Source: Nitrosopumilus sp. (lineage in GTDB: Archaea > Thermoproteota > Nitrososphaeria > Nitrososphaerales > Nitrosopumilaceae). From it: DNA of 64,000 bases. Below the pieces are notes generated by a model. It was not told the DNA's origin and made no database searches. It worked only from the letters and a program-made list of their open reading frames with translations. The position numbers and the translations under genes were made by a program. Shown in pieces: positions 9,415-19,110 of this stretch (position 1 is its first letter; each line of letters opens with the position of its first letter). The stretch spans positions 1,280,001 to 1,344,000 of the forward strand of contig OZ241857.1 in assembly GCA_965203315.1 (NCBI GenBank). The letters run 5' to 3'.

Positions 9415-10776
9415 CTAACGCAACTTGATATACTCGTAGGCACCTAACTTTTGATCGAAACAAAACTTGACTTTTTGATAGTCTCTTCTAAATGATCTGA
9501 CTTTGCTCAACACTCGTTTTGGGTCTTGTTTGTCGATGATGACACATTTGATATAGGACGCGATCTCTCTCATCTCAGACTCTTTCATTCCCAATCTAGT
9601 TATCTCTGATACTCCTAAACGTATGCCACCCGGATGGAAGTAATTTCGCCCTGCTTTGATATCACCTGGAATCAACTGTCTGTTTACTATGATGTTCGCC
9701 TGTTCCAAGTCAGCTTCAACTTTACCACCATCAGAATAGTCCAAGACGTTTACTGCAATCTGGTGCGACTCTGTAAATCCACGATTTGATCCAAGTACTT
9801 TAAAACCAGCAGCACTTAGTGCTTCTGCTAGAGCCTTTGCGTTCTTTAGTACTTGATCTGCATATTTACGTCCAAACTCTAACGCTTCTGCAAACGCGAC
9901 GGCCTTTGCTGCTACGTGATGTATATGATGGCTACTAGTTAAGCCAGGAAAGATCGCTTTTTTGATCGACTCTTCATGCTCTGACGATCCCAACACAAGT
10001 CCTCCTTGTGGTCCAAATAATGTCTTGTGTGTACTCATTGTCATTGTATCTGCACCCTCTCTTAATGGATCCTGAAATCGTCTACCTGCTATCAGACCTG
10101 CTACATGTGCGGCATCATAATTGATATGTATTTTATAACTCTTCATAAAATCTGATAACTCTTTTACAGGATGAGGAAAGAGAAACAACGAGCCACCAAA
10201 CATCGCCAACCTTGGTAGTCGTCCCTCTCGCTTGAGAGTTTTGATCTTCTTTTTTGTTGCATCGATATCGATGGTCATCTCTTGTGCATCAAATGGATAA
10301 AACTCGATCTCTAGTCCATGAACTAATCCAGCTGTTCCAGAATGCTCCTTCTTTCCATGTGATATGTGACCTCCTGCTGGAATTGATGGTGCAATCATCA
10401 CATCGCCTGGATCGGTAAATGCTGAATAGACAGCTAGATTCGCAACAACGCCAGAGATCGGTCTAACATCTGCAAACTTGGCTCTATACAACTTTGTAGC
10501 CAACCGCATACACTCAAACTCGACATTGTCGATGAACGTACAACCTGCATACACTCGCTCACCAGGCCAGCCTTCGGCATATCTGTTCCCAAAGTCTGAT
10601 GCTATCGCCTCACGTACAGCTGGACTAGGTACATTCTCACTTGCAATTAGTGGAATCGAGTCTGCAAACCACTTGTGATGATCTCTGAGATTCTTAAAGA
10701 TCATATCATACGACTTGCGGTTATCAGGCTTTACCATAAGTCCAAGAATATACCTCCGACTTAAAAACACTTTCAA
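9415..10776 (-). CDS. glyA: Serine hydroxymethyltransferase (likely start 10738)
   Basis: LIASEN, YAEGWPGERVY, STHKTLFGPQGG. Confidence 0.96.
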   Translation of the reverse strand: MKVFLSRRYILGLMVKPDNRKSYDMIFKNLRDHHKWFADSIPLIASENVPSPAVREAIASDFGNRYAEGWPGERVYAGCTFIDNVEFECMRLATKLYRAKFADVRPISGVVANLAVYSAFTDPGDVMIAPSIPAGGHISHGKKEHSGTAGLVHGLEIEFYPFDAQEMTIDIDATKKKIKTLKREGRLPRLAMFGGSLFLFPHPVKELSDFMKSYKIHINYDAAHVAGLIAGRRFQDPLREGADTMTMSTHKTLFGPQGGLVLGSSEHEESIKKAIFPGLTSSHHIHHVAAKAVAFAEALEFGRKYADQVLKNAKALAEALSAAGFKVLGSNRGFTESHQIAVNVLDYSDGGKVEADLEQANIIVNRQLIPGDIKAGRNYFHPGGIRLGVSEITRLGMKESEMREIASYIKCVIIDKQDPKRVLSKVRSFRRDYQKVKFCFDQKLGAYEYIKLR

Positions 10777-10899
10777 ATTATTAAAACATCTGACGTTAAC
10801 GGTCTTTGGTGATTGTTAGATCTCTGTCTCTGAATGGTAAAGTTGTACAAAAGATATGATGATCTTGTTAACATACCATGTGCAGAAAAAGTTTACATT

Positions 10900-11316
10900 A
10901 GTATCTATCCATCAAGACTATTCTTGACTAGTATCTGGTAATGCCCAGACAAGGCTATTTAGAAAAGCTAAACGAGTTGCAAAGACAGTACCAAAAATAT
11001 TAGTATCTGATTCATCACGTTCATTTGCTAAAGCATTTAGAAAAGAATTCCTTGAGAAAAATCCTACAAACAAATATGTCAAACATAGAAAAGTGTTTTA
11101 ATGTATGGCTCCAAGACAATTTTAAAGTACAGAGGTATGAAAAAATCGGACAGTACAATTATTTCTGGAATGATGATAACTCGAAATTTTATTACACGGC
11201 ATATGGGTTTAGACTGTGAAATACCTTGTACCATGGCAGGAATTGTAATACTTGGAGACAAAGTGGAACACATTAATTCAAAATTCAAGTCTAAAAAAAT
11301 GATTTTTAAACTCTAG
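10900..11316 (+). pseudogene. Fragmented DDE transposase C-terminus (IS6-like/integrase-core), boundaries approximate
   Basis: Frame-broken pieces LVSDSSRSFAKAF and RGMKKSDSTIISG..ITRNFITRHMGLDCEIPCTMAGI resemble the archaeal motif YNF.RPH.GL...TP...AGI. Confidence 0.6.
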
Positions 11317-11460
11317 TTGATAAATAAACTCTAGTTTGATAAATATCCAACATATTGTTAATTTTGTGTTTGAATTTAGATGAAAACAATTTGAGAAATT
11401 TAGAAAATTTTGTTTGATAAAACCACCACCCGCCAAGTTTACAGAATCGTTGATTTTCGT

Positions 11461-11607
11461 CTAGCACCAACCTAGCGACTTGCCCCAATATATGATGTCA
11501 GTACCACCAAGATCACCATACCCACAAAATACATCAAGTCCGACCCAAGCCCAAAATGCAGCAGCTAGACCTAGAGGAACACACAATACAGCCAACCACG
11601 TCTTCAT
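11461..11607 (-). CDS. Unannotated 48-aa hydrophobic peptide MKTWLAVLCVPLGLAAAFWAWVGLDVFCGYGDLGGTDIIYWGKSLGWC
   Basis: ATG 11607 to TAG 11461, 18 bp after the protease stop on the same strand; one TM-like stretch. Confidence 0.55.
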   Translation of the reverse strand: MKTWLAVLCVPLGLAAAFWAWVGLDVFCGYGDLGGTDIIYWGKSLGWC

Positions 11608-11625
11608 CTTTCAACATTCCTACAT

Positions 11626-12807
11626 CTAGTTCAATACCGGAGATACCCTCATATGTGCAGTTATTTGGTCAACTGGAGCATGATATCTGCCCCATACGTC
11701 ATGTGTAATGAGTATTCCATACAAGTTACCATTATCATCACGATCAAAGACAGTTCCACCACTATCTCCATGTCCTGCATGTATGTTTGATCTTACTAGG
11801 TGTTTTATATACTGTCCATAAATTATATCTATTACACTTACATTAATTGCCGACACGATACCGTGTTGGTAGCTACCAGTTAATTGACCTGATTTAGTGA
11901 TCCGATCATTTTGTTGTTGAGAAGCCTGTGTGATCTTTGTTACTGTGGGACTAATCGATTGCTGTTTATTTAGCTGTATGTATATTTTATTATCTACTAC
12001 TGTTGGGCTAGCAACGATAAATGCACAATCACATGAAGTTCCCCACTCGAATTTTTCTTCATATACAGTCCCAAGTACATTTCCATCAAAGTCCCTCACA
12101 AGAGAATTTCTACTACCATCAGCACAATGACCTGCAGTGATAAATCCCCACAAACTACCTCGTTTAGCCTGAAATCCATAACTACATGGTGCGTTTCCGT
12201 CAACTCTGATCTGATTACCTCCAATTACTGGGGTACATTTTTTTTGGTTACATGATATAGATTCTGCTACATCTGAATAAACTATGTGCCATGCTGTTTT
12301 AGGCATGAGTTGTTTTATTATATCGATTATAAAGTCTTCATTAGTTTTATTTACGATGTTTTGGTTTAATCCCACTTGAATCTCTTTACTATCAATATCT
12401 ATACCGATACTAGTAACAAATTCTAGTACTTTGGAGTCTAGCAATCTAGTTTCAAATATTTCTTGATCACCAATCAGCTTTTCTAAAAGTGCTTGTGGAA
12501 TGTCTCGTTGGTGAAGTTGTTTCTCAATTTCATCTACTTTTATCTCAATTTCATCGATCTTTTTCTGCATATATTTTTTGTCGGCACCATCTAGTTCAGA
12601 TTTGAGATCTCTTTCTAACTCATCTTTCTCCTTGTCGAGAGTGACTAGATCATTTAGTATCTTTTCTCGTTCAGCCTTGCTTTGTAATAGTTCTGGAGTT
12701 TTATCTTTAGGATTTCGTTCACCATCCATTTCTGCTAGACTAATAGTGGGAAATAACATAATTAAACCAACAAGTCCAAGCATAATTATTACATGCATTG
12801 TCTTCAA
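11626..12807 (-). CDS. Secreted trypsin-like (S1, alpha-lytic type) serine protease with pro-region
   Basis: Signal peptide; TAGHC, CDCAF and GDSGG catalytic motifs. Confidence 0.88.
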   Translation of the reverse strand: MKTMHVIIMLGLVGLIMLFPTISLAEMDGERNPKDKTPELLQSKAEREKILNDLVTLDKEKDELERDLKSELDGADKKYMQKKIDEIEIKVDEIEKQLHQRDIPQALLEKLIGDQEIFETRLLDSKVLEFVTSIGIDIDSKEIQVGLNQNIVNKTNEDFIIDIIKQLMPKTAWHIVYSDVAESISCNQKKCTPVIGGNQIRVDGNAPCSYGFQAKRGSLWGFITAGHCADGSRNSLVRDFDGNVLGTVYEEKFEWGTSCDCAFIVASPTVVDNKIYIQLNKQQSISPTVTKITQASQQQNDRITKSGQLTGSYQHGIVSAINVSVIDIIYGQYIKHLVRSNIHAGHGDSGGTVFDRDDNGNLYGILITHDVWGRYHAPVDQITAHMRVSPVLN

Positions 12808-13013
12808 TACAACCTAGATATTAATAACCAATCCGTATCTTTGATACGCAAGTATTTTATAATAGGATTATTTCTGCTCAAAATCTCTGTTATTTTGAAT
12901 CGTCTATGGCGTGGTAATCTCTATTTAGTACTATGGCGAACGTTTTGGTGATTTGGCATAGATTTGTGGAGACATCAAACGATCAGATAGGCGTACAAAT
13001 TCTATTAATTTGC

Positions 13014-14114
13014 TGTGTAGTACAAAAAGTCGTTCACCCATAGCCAAATGGCTAGGTCAAGCAGACAATCCGAGTTGCAATGGAAATGAAGGTGTGTGGA
13101 TTCGCTCAGATCGGCGTTATATCGACATATTGCAAATAGAATCAATGAAACTAGATGAAACTAAAGTACGATACATCGTACTAGAGAAAAAGAAAGGAAC
13201 CAAGAATGCAATAATTGCAGAGCGGATGGACATATCGGTTCGCTGGATTCAAAAGATATGGGCTCGATACAAGAACATAAAACCAAGCCAGATAGTATAC
13301 CCAAAACCTATGGGCAGACCAAAGAAGAGTCTTCCAGGTAGACTAGAACACTCTACTATCTTGTATGCACACAAGCATTGTTATCTTGCCACAACACGTC
13401 TCAAAAGGCAGATAAAAAAGGCCACAGGAATAGATATCTCACACAATACCATATACCGCATATTGTAAGATGAATGTCTGTCTAGACGAGAACCAAAGAA
13501 GAGCCAACAACGCAAATGGGTACGATATGAGCATGAATTCACCAATTCACTATGGCATGCTGACTATAAACTACTAGATGACGGTAGATGGTTAATCGCC
13601 TATCTGGACGATGCTTCTAGGTTTATAGTTGGATACGGAGTGTTTGATCATGCAACAACAGAGAATGCACTTGCAGTATTAGATGCAGCAATCAAAAATC
13701 ACGGAAAACCAAAAGCAATACTCACAGATCGTGGAGCACAGTTCTATGCAAACAAGTCAGAGGTCAAGAAAAAGGGAATATCCAAATTTGAGATGAGACT
13801 GGCAGAACTGGGAATCAAACACATTCGTGCCAGAGTTGGACATCCACAGACCAATGGCAAGATAGAGAGATGGTTCGGTGAAGTTCAACACAAATTGCCT
13901 TTGCAGCAATTATGCAGAGTCAGTGATCCAGTAGACCTATTCGTACACAACTACAATTACGAACGACCGCACATGTCTCTTGGAAAAGGTGGGTACGAGA
14001 CGCCACATGAAGCATTTAATCGAAAAATGCCAAAAGAAGGAACAGTTATTGACGAGTCGTCAGGAGATGAACATCATGTCAAATGAAGGGGTGAACGACT
14101 TTTCATATCCCACA
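13014..14114 (+). mobile_element. IS481-family element, subfamily 1, copy A (full length)
   Basis: TIRs TGTGTAGTACAAAAAGTCGTTCACCC and TGTGGGATATGAAAAGTCGTTCACCC (21/26 identical); no TSD seen. Confidence 0.9.
13145..14086 (+). pseudogene. IS481 transposase with one in-frame TAA (13466-13468)
   Basis: Reading continues in frame through the stop: HTH, then WHAD, LTDRG, QTNGKIERW (DDE). Confidence 0.88.
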
Positions 14115-14163
14115 CAACTCATTGGATAGTAATTGTTAATAACCTTGGATTTTAAAATAACAT

Positions 14164-14301
14164 ATGATCAAAGAGAGTACTGTTAAGCGAGCTCTAATTT
14201 CATTTACTATAGGAATATGGGTTCTTACTATCAGTTATGTAGTTGTCGGAATATATCTAAAATACGGAACATGTGCGATAAATATTTTGGAGACGTGTTA
14301 G
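14164..14301 (+). CDS. Unannotated 45-aa single-TM peptide MIKESTVKRALISFTIGIWVLTISYVVVGIYLKYGTCAINILETC, copy 1
   Basis: Clean ATG to TAG; basic N-terminus, hydrophobic helix, C-x7-C tail. Confidence 0.6.
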   Translation: MIKESTVKRALISFTIGIWVLTISYVVVGIYLKYGTCAINILETC

Positions 14302-14433
14302 TCTATGATTGTCTAGTAATAATCTTATGGTGTGTTACACATAACATGTCAAATGAAGGGGTGAACGACTTTTCATATCCCACACAACTCATTGGATAGT
14401 AATTGTTAATAACCTTGGATTTTAAAATAACAT

Positions 14434-14571
14434 ATGATCAAAGAGAGTACTGTTAAGCGAGCTCTAATTTCATTTACTATAGGAATATGGGTTCTTACTA
14501 TCAGTTATGTAGTTGTCGGAATATATCTAAAATACGGAACATGTGCGATAAATATTTTGGAGACGTGTTAG
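14434..14571 (+). CDS. Same 45-aa peptide, copy 2
   Basis: Identical copy within the tandem duplication. Confidence 0.55.
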   Translation: MIKESTVKRALISFTIGIWVLTISYVVVGIYLKYGTCAINILETC

Positions 14572-14626
14572 TCTATGATTGTCTAGTAATAATCTTATGG
14601 TGTGTTACACATAAAATACTAATTAT

Positions 14627-15524
14627 GAATAGGCCTACTGGATCACTGACTCTGCATAATTGCTGCAAAGGCAATTTGTGTTGAACTTCACCGAACCATC
14701 TCTCTATCTTGCCATTGGTCTGTGGATGTCCAACTCTGGCACGAATGTGTTTGATTCCCAGTTCTGCCAGTCTCATCTCAAATTTGGATATTCCCTTTTT
14801 CTTGACCTCTGACTTGTTTGCATAGAACTGTGCTCCACGATCTGTGAGTATTGCTTTTGGTTTTCCGTGATTTTTGATTGCTGCATCTAATACTGCAAGT
14901 GCATTCTCTGTTGTTGCATGATCAAACACTCCGTATCCAACTATAAACCTAGAAGCATCGTCCAGATAGGCGATTAACCATCTACCGTCATCTAGTAGTT
15001 TATAGTCAGCATGCCATAGTGAATTGGTGAATTCATGCTCATATCGTACCCATTTGCGTTGTTGGCTCTTCTTTGGTTCTCGTCTAGACAGACATTCATC
15101 TTACAATATGCGGTATATGGTATTGTGTGAGATATCTATTCCTGTGGCCTTTTTTATCTGCCTTTTGAGACGTGTTGTGGCAAGATAACAATGCTTGTGT
15201 GCATACAAGATAGTAGAGTGTTCTAGTCTACCTGGAAGACTCTTCTTTGGTCTGCCCATAGGTTTTGGGTATACTATCTGGCTTGGTTTTATGTTCTTGT
15301 ATCTGACAAACAATTTTTGAACCCAACGAAGAGTTCTTGGTTCCTTTGCTCTTTTCTCGTACAATGTATTGTACTTTTTGTTGATCTAATTTACTCATTC
15401 TTCGAATTCGCTTCTTGCCTACATATTTCCACCTCTCATCATAGCTGCGTACACGCTTTTGACTGGATCTGGAACTTGCGCCTACACTCTTGATTGAGGG
15501 GCGAACTACTTTCCGGATCTTACA
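14627..15524 (-). mobile_element. Chimeric, truncated IS481 copy B (subfamily-2 left end fused to subfamily-1 body)
   Basis: 14627-15303 is a near-identical inverse of 13266-13942, including the same TAA; 15304-15524 matches the 55.4-55.67 kb element; left TIR TGTAAGATCCGGAAAGTAGTTCGCCCC. Confidence 0.88.
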
Positions 15525-15576
15525 GTTACCAGAACCGATCTGTAAGATATAAAAAGGGAATTTTCTCCAGCGTAAA

Positions 15577-17290
15577 TATGACAATGCAAGCAACATCGAA
15601 AGGTACGATGCCTGTTGTATTACTAAAAGAAGGCGGATCTGAGACCAAGGGTCGTGATGCTCAAAAGAACAACATTGCTGCATCAAAGATTATTGCCGAG
15701 ATCGTTCATACCAGCCTTGGTCCACGAGGTATGGACAAGATGCTTGTAGACTCACTAGGAGATGTTACAATTACAAATGATGGAGCAACAATTCTGAAAG
15801 AGATCGATGTTCAACACCCAGCTGCAAAGATGTTGGTAGAGATATCAAAGACTACGGACAACGAAGTCGGTGATGGAACCACATCAGCTGTAGTATTGGC
15901 AGGTGCTCTACTAGAGAACGCCGAATCGCTCATCGATCAGGATGTTCACCCCACAATTATCGTTGATGGGTATAGAAAGGCGGGAAAGATGACTAAGAGT
16001 TTTCTTGAAGAGATCGCCGACGAGATATCGCCTAACAATAAGGATATTTTGACAAAGATCGCCAAGACCTCAATGCAGACCAAACTAGTCAGAAAGGACT
16101 CGTCACAACTAGCAGATATTATCGTAGACTCTGTTTTGGCAGTATCTGAGAGTGATGGTGAGACGAGTAGTGTTGATATAGATGATATCAAAGTTGAGAA
16201 GAAGGCTGGTGGTTCGATCAAAGACTCTATGATCATTCAAGGAATAGTCTTAGACAAAGAGATCGTTCATGGTGGTATGCCAAGAAAGATTACCGACGCA
16301 AAGATTGCGTTGATCAATACTGCACTAGAGATAAACAAGACCGAGACCGACGCAAAGATCAATATCTCTAATCCACAGCAATTAAAGTCATTTTTAGATG
16401 AAGAGAATCGAATGTTAAAGACTATGGTTGACAAAGTGATGGCATCTGGTGCCACAGTTGTCTTGTGTCAGAAAGGAATAGATGACATGGCGCAACACTA
16501 TCTAGCAAAGGCTGGAATTATAGCCGTGAGGAGAATAAAAGAGAGTGATCTCACAAAACTGGCTAGAGCTACTGGCGCACGAATCGTTACAAACTTGGAT
16601 GATCTATTTGAAAAAGATCTTGGAACAGCTGATCTAGTAGAAGAACGAAAGATAGAGGAGGACAAGTGGGTCTTTGTAGAGGGATGTAAACACCCTAAAT
16701 CTGTAACACTACTACTCCGTGGTGGTTCACAACGAGTAGTCGATGAAGTAGAACGTTCTGTTCATGATGCATTAATGGTTGTAAAGGACGTGATCGAGCA
16801 CCCATCCATCGTAGCTGGTGGTGGAGCTCCTGAGACCTTTGCTGCAACTAAACTACGCAATTGGGCCAAGTCATTAGAGGGTCGTGAACAATTAGCTGTT
16901 GAAAAGTTTGCTGACTCTTTAGAGTCTATTCCACTAACTCTTGCAGATAATGCAGGAATGGATCCTATAGATACATTGACCCAACTCCGTTCAAAGCAGA
17001 TAAAGGGCGAAAAATGGACTGGAATCGATGTCATGAAAGGCAAGATTGCTAGTATGAATTCTAGTGATATTATAGAACCACTAGCTGTTAAACTTCAAGT
17101 CGTCTCTGCTGCTACTGAAGCTGCATGTATGATACTACGAATTGATGACGTTATTGCGACACAAAAATCTGCCGGCGGTCCACCAGGAGGAGCTGAAGGT
17201 GGAATGCCACCAGGAATGGGTGGCATGGGCGGCATGGGTGGAATGCCACCAGGAATGGGTGGCATGCCAGACATGGGCGGCATGATGTAA
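15577..17290 (+). CDS. Thermosome (group II chaperonin) subunit; the ORF-track extension to 15494 lies in the IS end
   Basis: [18 protein letters not shown]-repeat tail; TATA-like TATAAAAA about 25 bp upstream. Confidence 0.96.
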
Positions 17291-17310
17291 AAAGCTTTTT
17301 TTACAACCGT

Positions 17311-17604
17311 GTGGGCAATCGAACATTGATCAAACTCTCATCTAACACAATAACGAGCTTCAAGTATGTGTACATTATAGTATTCTTTGCATTACTATCT
17401 GGACTCTTTTATCCAATCATCAACAACTTTGGCTATGATAGATTGATCCAAGGTGTTGCCACTCTAATCTTGGGTCTAATTGGTGGGATCTTGGTATATC
17501 GATCAGCTACCAACAGATCATCAAGTTTTATCTTTTTATGCATAGGTCTGCTTTTAATTGGACTATCTCTAGCAATGATCTATGGAATGATCGGCGCACT
17601 CTAA
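17311..17604 (+). CDS. Small 3-TM membrane protein
   Basis: Three hydrophobic segments; start uncertain. Confidence 0.65.
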   Translation: MGNRTLIKLSSNTITSFKYVYIIVFFALLSGLFYPIINNFGYDRLIQGVATLILGLIGGILVYRSATNRSSSFIFLCIGLLLIGLSLAMIYGMIGAL

Positions 17605-19061
17605 ACATCAAAGTATAGATAAAACTCGTGCGGATGTGGCCTGATCGAGATCTCGCGTTGATCTCTTCGTTCCAAATCTATTATCTTATCTAACACATCC
17701 TTTGAAAAAATAGGTAATAGAAACTTTCGATCACTCTCTAACTCGTCTAATGCCTCACCAAGACTCTTTGGTAGAACACCAATTCCTCGTTTCTTTCGAT
17801 CACTCTTTGTCATCTTGAATATATCATCACGAATCTGCTCACCAGGATCTATCTTTCGTTTTACACCGTCCATACCGGCAGATGTTATTGCAGCAAATGC
17901 CAAGTATGGATTTGATGATGGATCTGGCGCACGAAACTCTAGTCGTTTTAGGTGAGCATATCTTTCACCTTTTAGATGTTTTGGGACACGGACTATTGCC
18001 GAACGATTTCCAGAGCTCCATGCAATGTATGCTGGAGCCTCATACCCAGGAACTAATCGATGATACGAGTTGGTAGTGGGGTTACATATGGCAGATAATG
18101 CCTTTGCATGATTGATTATCCCACCGCAAAAGTATCTTCCAATCTGACTCAACTCATTCTCAGCATCTGGATCAAAAAAGTTGTTTCCTCCATCTTTCCA
18201 TAAACTCACATTGACATGCATTCCGGATCCGGAATCCATAGCGATGGGCTTTGGCATCATAGTTGCAACCTTGCCATATTTCTGCGCGACGTTCCTGATT
18301 ACATACTTGTACGTCTGTGCAGCATCAGCTGCATTTGTCAGATAGTCATATTTTATATCAATCTCACACTGTCCTGCAGTCGCAACCTCGTGGTGATGAT
18401 TGTCACACAGTATTCCAAAATTTCTATTCAATATATTGACACACTCGTTCCTATACGGAGTTAGTGTATCTGATGGTGTACTTGGATAGTATCCTTCTTG
18501 CAAACCCATCGGATAACCATTCCCCTCTTGACTCCATGGTGCTTCCTTTGATTCGATCGAGTACGACTGTCCTTTGTATGGCGTTAGAACATCCCAATTT
18601 ACTTTATCAAATACAAAAAATTCGACCTCTGGCCCCCACGTACTGTAATCGAACCCTTGACTCTTGATGTACTCTTCAGCTCTCTGCGAGATGCCTCTAG
18701 GATCTCGCGATAGGCGACCACGATCCTCGCCCCAATACACATCACACAACAATCTTGCAGTCTTGTTCTCTGTCATCCATGGTATTACAGCAAACGTATT
18801 TGGATCGGGTTTTAAGATCAGATCAGAGTCATCGATACTAGTAAACCCAACTATAGATGAACCGTCTAGTTTGGGTAGACCATCTCGCATCTGTTCTGGT
18901 GTAAATGTATCTGCCGAGATGGTTGTATGATGAAAGTGACCAGTAAGGCCTGTAAACTGAAGATCAATAAACCTGATGCCCTCGTGCTGTATGATCGAAA
19001 ATACCTCGTCAGGAGAGTATGTGACTTGGATAGCTTTACCATCACTAACTTTATACGGCAT
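17601..19061 (-). CDS. glnA: Glutamine synthetase type I
   Basis: LDGSSI, GPEVEF, HHEVA, GSGMH, LVPGYEAP, RLEFR. Confidence 0.96.
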   Translation of the reverse strand: MPYKVSDGKAIQVTYSPDEVFSIIQHEGIRFIDLQFTGLTGHFHHTTISADTFTPEQMRDGLPKLDGSSIVGFTSIDDSDLILKPDPNTFAVIPWMTENKTARLLCDVYWGEDRGRLSRDPRGISQRAEEYIKSQGFDYSTWGPEVEFFVFDKVNWDVLTPYKGQSYSIESKEAPWSQEGNGYPMGLQEGYYPSTPSDTLTPYRNECVNILNRNFGILCDNHHHEVATAGQCEIDIKYDYLTNAADAAQTYKYVIRNVAQKYGKVATMMPKPIAMDSGSGMHVNVSLWKDGGNNFFDPDAENELSQIGRYFCGGIINHAKALSAICNPTTNSYHRLVPGYEAPAYIAWSSGNRSAIVRVPKHLKGERYAHLKRLEFRAPDPSSNPYLAFAAITSAGMDGVKRKIDPGEQIRDDIFKMTKSDRKKRGIGVLPKSLGEALDELESDRKFLLPIFSKDVLDKIIDLERRDQREISIRPHPHEFYLYFDV

Positions 19062-19110
19062 TTCGCTTCAAACAAACACAAATAATACCAAGATTTAAGC
19101 ATATACTAAA

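Larger units (their letters stand above)
14075..14614. repeat. Perfect 270-bp tandem duplication (14075-14344, 14345-14614) containing the IS right end and a micro-ORF
   Basis: Direct sequence comparison, offset 270. Confidence 0.95.

Noticed and set aside
13466-13468. Programmed readthrough of the TAA shared by two IS copies
   Set aside because: Copy C has CGA here and copies A and B are near-identical duplicates, so a single inherited nonsense mutation suffices
14075-14614. CRISPR array or other spacer-bearing repeat
   Set aside because: Only two identical 270-bp units, no unique spacers, no cas genes in the window
14217-14684. ORF-track peptides MGSYYQLCSC...
   Set aside because: They overlap a better-formed 45-aa TM ORF in another frame and end differently in the two repeat units
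15420-15440. ORB-like GAGGTGGAAATATG in subfamily-2 IS left ends (also near 55565-55580)
   Set aside because: Only the 8-bp GTGGAAAT core matches and the G-string is missing; too weak without a PWM test
17195-17290. GGM/PPGM repeats at the thermosome C-terminus
   Set aside because: Normal chaperonin tail
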